64,000 nt of DNA from Bacillota bacterium (GCA_023623175.1 JAMNXU010000013.1:3933-67932), one strand, 5' to 3'. Shown: positions 38,736-47,940, numbered from the stretch's first letter. Notes: generated by a model from the sequence alone, not told the origin. Numbers and translations: made by a program.

Positions 38736-40685
38736 TTACCTGTATATGACAACCAGCTGCGGACGCAATGAAGGATTGGAAACCTCCCTTGATCTAAACC
38801 ATGCATAGGCATGTTTGTTGCTGGAAGGCTGCATCAGTATCATGCCGTAATTGGGATACGTGCCGTTATACCAGGAATTGACCAGGTCAGTAATATTCCA
38901 TTCCTTCCACCCGGTAGTACTGAATGTCAGTGAAGCGCTGACAGTTGAAGAAAAATCCCCGCCTGCCGCTGTCCAGTTGTTTGTGCCGTTATAGGTTGCC
39001 CAGGAGACACCGTTTGTAGCGTTATATCTCCAATCACCCGTACCTTCGACCCACGAACGCGTAACACGATGGATCTCGCTGTTGATTGTATTGTAAATAG
39101 TATCGCAGTACAGCCTTAACTTGGCCTCAATTATTGTTTTACCTGCGGGAATCGATGAAAGATCGAATCTCAACAGCGAACGTCTTTCAGGCTGTCCTGA
39201 AACATATACCTGAAGTTCAGAATCAGCTCCGCCGTTTCCCATACCGATTATAATCTGTGCATCGGCCACGGCATTAAGGGTTACAGTTACTGGCGATGAT
39301 GTCGGTGTTGGCACCGGACTTGGAGTTACTGTCGGCGTAGGAGTTATTGTGGGTGTGGGCGTTGGAGTCGGGGTTGGGGTTGGTGTAGGAGTAGAAGTCG
39401 GTGTCTGTGAAGGAACTGTGGATGCTGTAGGAGTCGGCGGAGGCGATCCGCTCACGTTGATCTGATAAACGTCAATACGGGGTTCTTCACCAAAGTTCTG
39501 GGCAATATACAGCCTTCCGGTCATGGGGTCGTACCCGGCTCCGCGGATGCCGGCGCTTCCGTCTGAATTCATTTCAGTAAGCTGCCAGACAGCATAAGGC
39601 TGTACTTCCCAGGATTGCTTCGTGCCATTTTTTACTGCGAGCAGGTCATTCGCGTCGTAGGCCCATACCTGGTGTACATAGGGATACGCGTGCCATCCCT
39701 TGGACGAGTCTGTGGGGTCATAACACCATACACCGCCCTCGGTAGGCTGGCCGTCAAGGGCCGGATTACTTGTACCAGGTCCATATCCCACTTTCCCTAT
39801 ACCATGTCTCCCTATGAAAAGTACACTTCGGCTTCCGGGCGGAAAAGCAATTCCTCCTATCCGGGTAGTTCCGTTAAAGAGAGGATTCTGGGCAGAGATA
39901 TCAGCCAGCGGATGATCAACAGGATAATAAAGAAGCTTAGTCCCCGGAACAGGGTTTTTCACTCCAACATCATCCGGGTCAAAAACAGCACAGGCAGGTC
40001 CACTTGAAGTAGTACTGATAACGTTGAGACAGCCGTTTCCTGTAAGTGCGGGTCCTCCCAGGAGTGACTGCCATTCCGTAGGAATTAGTGTCATCCATCC
40101 GCCAAGGGCACGTGCAGGCATTCCACCGGCGCTCATCGGATAAAAATGTGAAAAATCGTTGCTTACTGACAGGTCAAATCCGGAAACACCGAGTGATTTT
40201 GTTTGGTCCGGACTGTAGAATGTGGATGAACCAACAATTAGCCTCCCATTATAGGGCAGCATCCCGTAAATTACAGCGTCATATCCAATTTCATCCAGAT
40301 TCCCGTCCGTTATATCATAAAAATTCTGGAGCACATTCGCCATGGGAAGATTATTCCAATTCTGGCTTTTTACAAATGTCGAAGGGACTTCCACCTGGGC
40401 TACATAGCCGGGATACCAGGCATGTCCCTCCATAAAGAGGGTATGTTTGCCTGTGGACGGATCATAATATGGAGTAAGGCCGCTTCCGCCATAACCAAAC
40501 CTGGAACCGCCATAGGTCCCTGTCGGCAGGCGGAAAGCTCCGAGATATACGAAGTCCGAGCTCTGAACCAACGGCAGGGTGGTCGGATCATCCGCCCTGA
40601 CAGGCGGAGAAGGAAACACAAATGCCGTGATCAGAAATACCAACGCCAACAATAAACGCAGTGGCCTATGAATTTTTCTTTTCAT
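38736..40685 (-). CDS. Secreted protein: unplaced ~420 aa N-domain + Pro/Thr linker + C-terminal DNRLRE-type domain
   Basis: Signal peptide MKRKIHRPLRLLLALVFLITAFVFPSPPVRA. Linker PPPTPTASTVPSQTPTSTPTPTPTPTPTPTPTITPTPTVTPSPVPTPTSSP. The C-terminal domain carries SLLRFDLSSIP..AKLRLY..IHRVTRSWVEGTGDWRY. Start set at MKRKIH (AAGGAG RBS). Confidence 0.6.
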   Translation of the reverse strand: MKRKIHRPLRLLLALVFLITAFVFPSPPVRADDPTTLPLVQSSDFVYLGAFRLPTGTYGGSRFGYGGSGLTPYYDPSTGKHTLFMEGHAWYPGYVAQVEVPSTFVKSQNWNNLPMANVLQNFYDITDGNLDEIGYDAVIYGMLPYNGRLIVGSSTFYSPDQTKSLGVSGFDLSVSNDFSHFYPMSAGGMPARALGGWMTLIPTEWQSLLGGPALTGNGCLNVISTTSSGPACAVFDPDDVGVKNPVPGTKLLYYPVDHPLADISAQNPLFNGTTRIGGIAFPPGSRSVLFIGRHGIGKVGYGPGTSNPALDGQPTEGGVWCYDPTDSSKGWHAYPYVHQVWAYDANDLLAVKNGTKQSWEVQPYAVWQLTEMNSDGSAGIRGAGYDPMTGRLYIAQNFGEEPRIDVYQINVSGSPPPTPTASTVPSQTPTSTPTPTPTPTPTPTPTITPTPTVTPSPVPTPTSSPVTVTLNAVADAQIIIGMGNGGADSELQVYVSGQPERRSLLRFDLSSIPAGKTIIEAKLRLYCDTIYNTINSEIHRVTRSWVEGTGDWRYNATNGVSWATYNGTNNWTAAGGDFSSTVSASLTFSTTGWKEWNITDLVNSWYNGTYPNYGMILMQPSSNKHAYAWFRSREVSNPSLRPQLVVIYR

Positions 40686-40791
40686 ATTTGCCATCTCCTT
40701 TTTTAAATTTTTCATTTTCATTTTTCAACTTGTCTCTTCTCTCTGTCTCATTTCGCAATGTATTAAGTTCGCAATTGAATTGCCCTCTTTA

Positions 40792-41892
40792 TTACGGAAG
40801 CGGTATTTTGATATTGCCCGATACTTGTGAAGCGGTGGCGCCATCCCTGGATACAATATTGCCGGTTGTTTTGTTATTGGTTATCTTTGTACCTGTTGTT
40901 CCGGGCCACCTGTACTCAATGGAGTTCGGATAATTGTACGTATAGCAGGTATTATTATCAATCACGTTATTTGGAGCATTCTCTATGCCAATCCCGACAT
41001 CCCTTATCGTGGTAACCGTATTGTTTTTGATGGTGCAGTTGGAATTGATACTGTCGGTGCCCATTCCTATATAAATGCCTCTTTCGCTGTTTAATATGGT
41101 GCACCCTTCTATGGTAATACCCGTCGAGCCGTTCCAGAAATGTATTGCAGGCTCTGTTAAGGTTCCGCCGGGATTTTTGATATCTTTTACAATGGTATTG
41201 CGTACCGTCCAGTTTTTGCAATGGTGCGCGTCTATTCCGCAGGTATACCAGTTAGGTGCCTGTCCCGCACTGTATTCAAAAATGCAGTCCTCTATGAGGC
41301 CATTGTCAGAGTATGTGCTTGACTGGCTCGGATTGGCATCAGCAGACACTTTCAGCATCTGCTCATATGTGTCCATGAAGCGTACATTCCGGATCACCGG
41401 GGCATCGGCGTCATCTTCCCCGCAAATTTGTATTGCGTGCCAGCGCACATATTTTAACGTCATGTTTTCACACCTGAAATTGTCGCCGGTCACCCTGAAT
41501 ATTAGACGAACATTTGCATTGGGGGACATGGCGTCGCCCCTGAGAATAACATAATCCCTGTCGCCGGGCGTGTTCCCGCGTATTGTAATGTTGTCGGCAG
41601 TAATGTTAAAATGGGTAAGGCCAATGGAATTGAGGTTGTAGGTGCCGTTATTGCAAATAATTTCAACATTGCCGTCGCTTGCATTGGCATTGTTGATTGC
41701 GTTTCTTAATTGGGTTATATTGCTCACGTACACAGTAGAGGCACGGGTGGGCACATTTTCAGGCGAAAGCGAAGAATTGCCGATACCTGCTGCAGCAACA
41801 CATGTTCTTTCTGTGGAAAAATTAGATCCCAACATGGTAAAGACGGCAAACAGTAAAATCACACTCAGTTTTTTAACAGCTTTTTTGTTCAT
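40792..41892 (-). CDS. Secreted right-handed beta-helix protein (paralog 2, signal peptide only)
   Basis: Signal peptide MNKKAVKKLSVILLFAVFTMLG. The core shares RNVRFMDTYEQMLKVSADANPS, NWTVRN, TEPAIHFWNGSTG, NSERGIYIGMGT, YPNSIEYRWP and SRDGATAS with paralog 1. Confidence 0.65.
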   Translation of the reverse strand: MNKKAVKKLSVILLFAVFTMLGSNFSTERTCVAAAGIGNSSLSPENVPTRASTVYVSNITQLRNAINNANASDGNVEIICNNGTYNLNSIGLTHFNITADNITIRGNTPGDRDYVILRGDAMSPNANVRLIFRVTGDNFRCENMTLKYVRWHAIQICGEDDADAPVIRNVRFMDTYEQMLKVSADANPSQSSTYSDNGLIEDCIFEYSAGQAPNWYTCGIDAHHCKNWTVRNTIVKDIKNPGGTLTEPAIHFWNGSTGITIEGCTILNSERGIYIGMGTDSINSNCTIKNNTVTTIRDVGIGIENAPNNVIDNNTCYTYNYPNSIEYRWPGTTGTKITNNKTTGNIVSRDGATASQVSGNIKIPLP

Positions 41893-42532
41893 AACCATTC
41901 TCCTTTTCTCAAATATTTAATTTTTCTTTAAGCTTTTAATTTGAAAATGCTATTCCGTCTCAGTCGGCCCGGTTGAAATATTAATAAACAAATGAAATAG
42001 TAAAATTACGTAGTATTCCCTTCTCCGATATCACCTCCTGAATATTGGTATGCGGGGAATAAAATGCACCTCCTTTACGGTTTATTGGTTTATAAGTTAT
42101 GGTTTATAAGTTTATAATGTTAATAATATTGATAAAAAGCTGATAAATCCCTTATTGAGCCTGGATTGCGCGCCTGAAGCTGAGAATGATCATGAACACA
42201 ATGGTGCAAAAGATTAGCAATTAGAATTCGGCAAGAGAATGATATGCAACTGTCAAATTAATGAGTAACGGCAAGTTAAATTGTCAGATGATGTTTGATA
42301 ATGAAATTTGTCTATATCGATATTATACCACTATTTTGATTTTTGTTTATTATTTGGGAAATATTCAATAACCATTTGGGAAATAAAGGGCGGCTCTTCT
42401 GTCCGGGACAGGAATAAAGGAATCAGTCAAGAGAATGATTTGTATTTACATTCCGGACATTTATCTTACGATATCTTCCGAAACATAATTCCACATTTGT
42501 GTCTAACAGTCTTCAAAAGCGATGTCGTCACT

Positions 42533-44086
42533 TCATTTCTCTTTCCCGGCCATCCATTCATCCAGTTGGGTTTGTATTTCCTCCACCATCGGGTCGGTTA
42601 TTTTTTTCTGCGCGCTAAGAAAATCATCTATTTCTCCCGGTGTCAACTCCCCGTTCAGAACACTTGACTCAAACCTGCTACGGCTGTTGAAATCAAATTC
42701 GGGAAAACGTTCGCGAATTTTGACAATATCGATGGTAAAGCCAGTATGAGGGAAATATTTTGACCTGCTTTCGATGTATTGTATCCTTGCCTTTAGCTGG
42801 TCTTTATCCTGAAAATCCAGGTTATTGTTCACGATAAACCATGACCTGTGTATAACATTGTATATGCAGCTTTCATCGTAACCCTCGCGGGCAATAAGCT
42901 TTACCCGGTCCTTTTTGTCCAGCTTGTAATCCTTGCCTTTAATGCCGTACATAAATAGCCTGTATGCCTCTTTGTCGGTCATAAGCCAGTCCAGGAAAGC
43001 CAGGGCCCTTTCGGTGTTATTGGAATGGGAATTGAATATGACAATATTCCCGGGATCGAATGTTCTCTGGGTAATGCTTTCCGGATACAGGTCAAACTCG
43101 GCAAATTTGACCTGGACGCCCGATTCCTGCCTTATCTGTTCGCTAATTTTTTCGCCGTCGCCTTTATAACCAATTATTGAAGCATATTCCCGGAGCTTTA
43201 CGCCCTGGTTGCTAATAAATCCCCTGCTCCTCCATCTTCGAAGGGTCTCCAGGGCATTTCTGTACTCAGGGGTCTGCTTCCAGTCCATGAGTTTTATCGC
43301 GGGGTCGTCGGGGCGGTATACAAGTTCAATCTGGTTGTTGACCGCAATGGCATAACCGCCGGCCTCTGCAAACATTTCCAAAATAGATGGAGTTTTCGAA
43401 TAGAACGGCGTCAATCTTGTGGGAATCAATTCCGGTTTATTCTTTTTAACCAGTTCCAGAAAATTTTCGAACTCTTCGTAGCTGCTTATATTCTTTATCC
43501 TGAACTCTTCCAGCAGGTCTTCCCTGATTATGGCATGTAATCTCCTGGTGTCAGGCAGGTTATATGAAGGAACGGCTAAAATTTTGCCGTTAAAGGATAC
43601 TGTATCAAGCTCTTCCCTGGCAAACAGCCTGAAATAATTGGGAGCATTCCCAGCAAACAACTCTGTTATGTCTTTTATAAAGCCCGATTCGTAAAGGGTT
43701 TTTAAATCAAAAAATGACTTGCTGTTTTCATTTATAAACAACATATCACAAACGTTTCCATTTAATGCATACCAGGTATCGGGATCTACTTCGGCCACCC
43801 ATCCGCCGTCTTCCTTCTGAACCACCCTGAGGTTTGTTATTTCAATGTTAACATTCAGTTTTTGCTCCGCTTTCCTGTTAAGCTCCTTCAAAACTTCATC
43901 CAGCAACGTACTGCCATACACCGAAACGTACTGTGGAAAGTGAGGCGGCATAAATATATTGAGCGTAACTTTTTCCGGCTTTTTACCGTTTGTCCATTCT
44001 TCATTATTTGCTGCTTCCCTGGAACATGCAGTAATTTGGGTTAACAGCATGCCAACAATTAAGATTGTTAAAAACATTCTCTTCAT
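42533..44086 (-). CDS. Large extracellular solute-binding lipoprotein (ABC family-1 / LplA-like), orphan
   Basis: Lipobox LLTQITAC. 517 aa. The overall layout matches the ~500 aa sugar-binding lipoproteins of Firmicutes. No permease or ATPase gene is nearby. Confidence 0.65.
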   Translation of the reverse strand: MKRMFLTILIVGMLLTQITACSREAANNEEWTNGKKPEKVTLNIFMPPHFPQYVSVYGSTLLDEVLKELNRKAEQKLNVNIEITNLRVVQKEDGGWVAEVDPDTWYALNGNVCDMLFINENSKSFFDLKTLYESGFIKDITELFAGNAPNYFRLFAREELDTVSFNGKILAVPSYNLPDTRRLHAIIREDLLEEFRIKNISSYEEFENFLELVKKNKPELIPTRLTPFYSKTPSILEMFAEAGGYAIAVNNQIELVYRPDDPAIKLMDWKQTPEYRNALETLRRWRSRGFISNQGVKLREYASIIGYKGDGEKISEQIRQESGVQVKFAEFDLYPESITQRTFDPGNIVIFNSHSNNTERALAFLDWLMTDKEAYRLFMYGIKGKDYKLDKKDRVKLIAREGYDESCIYNVIHRSWFIVNNNLDFQDKDQLKARIQYIESRSKYFPHTGFTIDIVKIRERFPEFDFNSRSRFESSVLNGELTPGEIDDFLSAQKKITDPMVEEIQTQLDEWMAGKEK

Positions 44087-44133
44087 TTTTGATCTACTCC
44101 ATGTTTAATAACTCATGTTAATAACTCATGTCA

Positions 44134-45730
44134 TCAGTTCAGGTTTTTATTCACTGTTCTCCACTCGTCAAGCCGCTTTTGAATTTCCTGCAAAATCGGG
44201 TCGGTTATTTTTTTCTGCTCCTTTAAAAATTCATCCAGTTCCTCGAGTGTCTTGTTTCCTGCAACATAGGATCTCTCAAACCGTCTCCGGTCAGCACTGC
44301 TGAAATTGCTATAGCTCCGAAGAATACTGTTTATATCGATTCTAAAAGCCAGATGCGGCATATATCTCGATTTGCTCTCGACATACCTGCTTTTTTCCCT
44401 GAAAAGTTCTTCATCCTGGATATCCAGTTTGTTATTTACAAGGCTCCAGGATTTGTGAATGTTGAAATATATGTCGTTTTCCGTGTAACCCTCGGGAATA
44501 AGCAGCTTTACGTGATTTTTCTCATCAAGGGTGTAATCTTTTCCCTGGATCCCGTATACAAACAAATTGTAAGCTTCGCGGTCGGTCATGAGCCAGTCGA
44601 CGAAAGCCAGGGCCTTTTCGGTCTTTTCGGATTTTGAACTGAACACGACTATATTCCCCGGATCAAACGTCCTTGTTGTTATTAAATCCGGGTACAGTTC
44701 AAATTCCACAAATTCAGCCGGTTTGCCCGTTTCCTCCATTACAAGGTTGCTGATTTTTTCCGAATCACCCTTATAACTGATAATGGACGCATATTCCGAC
44801 CACTTTCTTTTATTCATGGACACGTCGGCATATCCTTTGCGCCTCCAATTCATAAAAGTCTCCACGCCCTTTTTGTATTCCGGCGTTTGTTTCCAGTCCA
44901 AAAGCTTAATGTCGGGATCATCGGTGCGATAAACAATTTCGAGGTCGCCGGATGACAGAATGGTATATCCTGCCGCCTCTGCAAATATATCCAAAACTGA
45001 GGGACCCGGCAGGTCAACACTTGTCGGCGCCGGTTTGAAGGGTGTTATCACCGTGGGTACCAGTTCCGGTTTGTTTTTTCTGACTTTGTCAAGGAGCTCA
45101 AATTCACTGAAACTTCCAATGCTGCTGATTTTAAGTTCTTCCGGCACGTCTTTCCTGATTATGGCCTGCAGTCTTTTTGTTTCAGGCAGGCTATAGGACG
45201 GAACGGCAAGGATTTTACCCTTGTATGATACGGTCTCAAGTTCTTCCCTGGAAAACAGGCTGAAATAATTGGGAGCGTTTTCAATAAATAATTGGGTTAT
45301 ATCTTTTATCTTTCCTTCTTCATAAAGGCTTTCCAGGTCAAACATCGCTCTGCTGTCCGCATTTATGGAACAACATGTCGCAATCGATTTTATCAAGAGC
45401 TTCCCCGGTATCTCGCCTGATTACAGCAGCCGAACCGTCTGCGCCGCTGACCAGGTCCAAATTGGCTATATTGATGTGGATATTCATCTTCTTTTCCGCT
45501 TTTTTGTTTAATTCCTCCAACACTTCCTTCAGCAGCGTATAAGCATACTGGGACAAATAATATGGCGGTTGCACAGGCATGTAAATATTGAGCGTAACTA
45601 TTTTTGACCTTTTGCCTGCCGCTTCCTCTTCACCTGAAGTTTTCCGGGAACATGCTCCAAGCTGGACCGCCAGGAGAACGATGAACATGAAAAATAACAA
45701 ATTTTTAATTTCCTTTTCATAAACTTTCAT
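44134..45730 (-). pseudogene. Paralog of the solute-binding lipoprotein, disrupted by a single-nt insertion
   Basis: ORFs 45338..45730 (signal peptide/lipobox LAVQLGAC...DCDMLFH) and 44134..45396 (..INADSRAMFDLESLYEEGKIKDITQLF..) are collinear with 42533..44086 (CDMLFINENSKSFFDLKTLYESGFIKDITELF). The frames join if one G of GG at 45367-45368 (+ strand) is removed. Confidence 0.75.
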
Positions 45731-45969
45731 CTACCCTGATATTAAGAACATCAACCGTATGTCTGTATACGACGCACAATAAAACTGGAAATGTCTATGA
45801 AATTATTATATTTAATATTTTTCGCGTGGTAAATGTGTATTAGTTACTATATTTTTACTTCCTGATACGGATTTTATTGTATAAATTGTACAAAAATATC
45901 CTCAAAAACAGAAATATAATCCTTCGCACTGAATTGGAAACAGAAAAACTATCCCGGTCATCCGCCGCT

Positions 45970-46154
45970 TTGAATTTAGAACAAAGGAATTTTTTTCATG
46001 TCCTGCTGCCCTGAATTTGTGACACACAAACCGTCCACGTATCCCCATGTGTACCACACCCTGAATTTGGGACAAAGGAACCGTCCCCGTGTCCCACTTT
46101 GAAAGAACCGTCCCCGTGTCCCACTTTGAGACAGAGGAACCGTCCCCGTGTCCC
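45970..46154. repeat. Tandem array of five GGGACA-family units in the 'aaccgtcccc' orientation
   Basis: The units show increasing decay toward the 5' side: cctgaatttgggacaaaggaaccgtccccgtgtccc, ctttgaaagaaccgtccccgtgtccc and ctttgagacagaggaaccgtccccgtgtccc, plus degenerate cctgaatttgtgacacacaaaccgtccacgtatcccc and ttgaatttagaacaaaggaattttt.. Confidence 0.85.
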
Positions 46155-46165
46155 GCCCTTGGACT

Positions 46166-46193
46166 AAAAAAACTTGGGGTATTCCCCCAAGTT
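46166..46193 (-). terminator. Rho-independent terminator downstream of beta-helix paralog 3
   Basis: Minus strand: AACTTGGGG-gaata-CCCCAAGTT followed by TTTTTTT. Confidence 0.7.
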
Positions 46194-46241
46194 TAATATA
46201 TAGAAGCTTGCTTGAATCGATAAAAGGCTGCTCTTGTTTTT

Positions 46242-47384
46242 TTAATCATTAAGTATCATATTGTCCTCGACCTTTGCAGCCGTTGCGCCGTCCCTTGCCA
46301 CAATTTTACCGTTTGTCCTGTTACCGGTGATTACGACGCCGGTAGTATCGGGCCAGCGGTATTCGATTGAGTTGGGATAGCCGGCCCCCGTGCGGCACTC
46401 GTTGCCTTCAATCACGGTATTCGGCGCGTTTTCTGCGGCTATGCTCACATCCCTGTTCGTCTCCACCCTGTTGTTGCGAATTACGGAGTCGGGACAGATA
46501 GTCCCGGTTCCCATGCCTACCATTATGCCTCTTTCACAGTTGGTTATCGTATTGCCTTCTATGAGAATGCCCGAAGAATTGTTCCAGAAATGTATCGCTG
46601 GTTCAGTCATATCCCCGCCGGGATTTACAATATCCTTTATTACATTATTCCTGACTGTCCAGTTTCTGCAGCGATGGCCGTCAATGGCGCAGGTATAATA
46701 TCCCGGGGCTTTGCCGGCGCTGTATTCAAATATGCAGTCCTCGATCAGGCCGTCGTCGGAATATATCTCAACATCCTCGGCGCCCCTGTAGGCCGAAACC
46801 TTTAACATCTGCTCGTATGTGTCCATGAAGCGCACATTGCGGACCACTATGCCGTCGGCATCCACTTCGCCGGCCACCTGGATCGCATGATACCGTACAT
46901 TTTTAAGCGTCATGTTTTCACAGGTAAAATTGTCTGCCCTGACCAGGAAAATATGCGTTACATTGGCCGTTTCAGACATGGCGTCGCCCGTGAGGATAAC
47001 CTTGTCCCTGCTCTCTTTCGATTCTCCCCTTATCGTAATGTTGTCGGCCTCAATAATAAAACCGCCAATATATATGGAATCCAGGTCATATGTACCGTTT
47101 GCCAGGACAATCTCCACGTTTCCGCCTTCCCTGTTGGCCTTTTCAATGGCTTCCATGAGCTCTTCGACTTTGCTGACACGAACAACGGGTTTTGTCGAGT
47201 AATGTTCAGGTTTTACCGGTGTATCCATGGCAGCCTCCCCATTTTTAGAATCTCCCGAAGTATTGCCGAAAATTCCGTCAAGCTTTCCGTTTAGCCCCAA
47301 TACAACTGCGGTAATAACAACCGCCACCACGACCAGCGCAATACCCGCATAAATCAGGTATTTCTTTGAATTCTTCCCGCTCAA
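46242..47384 (-). CDS. Membrane-anchored right-handed beta-helix protein (paralog 3)
   Basis: N-terminal single TM helix (YLIYAGIALVVVAVVITAVVLGL) instead of a cleavable signal peptide. The core shares RNVRFMDTYEQMLKVSA, NWTVRN, TEPAIHFWN, YPNSIEYRWP and RDGATA. Probable TTG start with an AAAGGAG RBS. Confidence 0.6.
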   Translation of the reverse strand: MSGKNSKKYLIYAGIALVVVAVVITAVVLGLNGKLDGIFGNTSGDSKNGEAAMDTPVKPEHYSTKPVVRVSKVEELMEAIEKANREGGNVEIVLANGTYDLDSIYIGGFIIEADNITIRGESKESRDKVILTGDAMSETANVTHIFLVRADNFTCENMTLKNVRYHAIQVAGEVDADGIVVRNVRFMDTYEQMLKVSAYRGAEDVEIYSDDGLIEDCIFEYSAGKAPGYYTCAIDGHRCRNWTVRNNVIKDIVNPGGDMTEPAIHFWNNSSGILIEGNTITNCERGIMVGMGTGTICPDSVIRNNRVETNRDVSIAAENAPNTVIEGNECRTGAGYPNSIEYRWPDTTGVVITGNRTNGKIVARDGATAAKVEDNMILND

Positions 47385-47502
47385 AACAGACCGCTCCTTT
47401 CAACTGCAGAATTAATCCCCGATAATATTTACATAATACCATTATACATAAATTCTCACCTGTAATTAATAATATTCAAAGTCCTATATTCGAACCGCTT
47501 TT

Positions 47503-47583
47503 GTTCCGGTGTCTGCATCCAGTCAATAAGCTTCATGTCGGGATCATCGACGCGGTAAACAATTTCGAGATTACCGGTTTCCA
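47503..47583 (-). pseudogene. ~80-nt remnant of a third solute-binding lipoprotein paralog
   Basis: The minus strand encodes GNLEIVYRVDDPDMKLIDWMQTPEQKR. This matches GDLEIVYRTDDPDIKLLDWKQTPEYKK (44134..45396) and IELVYRPDDPAIKLMDWKQTPEYRN (42533..44086). Nothing recognisable lies on either side. Confidence 0.7.
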
Positions 47584-47604
47584 GAAGGGGCTTTGTATCC
47601 CCCT

Positions 47605-47661
47605 GGGACACGGGGACGGTTCTTCTATCCCCCTGGGACACGGGGACGGTTCTTCTGTCCC
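47605..47661. repeat. Two tandem GGGACA-family units in the 'ggggacggtt' orientation
   Basis: gggacacggggacggttcttctatcccc and gggacacggggacggttcttctgtccc, each preceded by ccccct. Confidence 0.9.
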
Positions 47662-47716
47662 AAAACAAAACCAGGGGAGATTCTTATTCATGTTGACCGG
47701 CATAAGAACCTCCCCC
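47662..47716 (-). terminator. Probable rho-independent terminator of the hyd maturation operon
   Basis: Minus strand: AGGGGAGGTTCTTAT, 14-nt loop, ATAAGAATCTCCCCT (15 bp, one mismatch), followed by GGTTTTGTTTTGG. Confidence 0.6.
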
Positions 47717-47770
47717 TGCAGATTTTCGTTTGTATTACTTACAGCACACTACAGATCACCGTTTTGCGAA

Positions 47771-47940
47771 GCGACAAGAAAACAATCCCTGTGTCATATT
47801 CTGCTATGAATTTGGGACAAAAGAACCGCTCCCTTGTCCCGTACCCTGCTACGAATTTGGGACAAGAGAACCGTCCCCGTGTCCCAAATTGGGACAAGAG
47901 AACCGTCCCCGTGTCCCAAGGGAACCGTGTACCAGGTCCC
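47771..47940. repeat. Array of 3 full plus 2 degenerate GGGACA-family units, orientation opposite to 47605-47661
   Basis: gggacaaaagaaccgctcccttgtccc (47814-47840) and gggacaagagaaccgtccccgtgtccc (47859-47885 and 47891-47917). Two units are preceded by ctgctaYgaattt. The array abuts the hydG stop codon (47942). Confidence 0.9.

Noticed and set aside
39290-39430. Tandem CCN/ACN repeat (tggagt/ggtgt-type periodicity) flagged as a DNA repeat
   Set aside because: It is the coding sequence of the Pro/Thr linker (PTPTPTPTPT..) of the 661 aa secreted protein, not an independent element.
42308-42749. Plus-strand ORFs 42308..42667 and 42522..42749 in the gap upstream of beta-helix paralog 2
   Set aside because: They overlap the antisense of the SBP gene's 3' end and AT-rich promoter DNA. 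They have no RBS and implausible composition.
45970-47940. Possibility that the tandem GGGACA arrays are a degenerate CRISPR array
   Set aside because: The intervals between units are only 5-20 nt and irregular. Units decay in sequence and occur in both orientations. They are scattered as 1-5 copies at many loci. No cas genes or leader are present.
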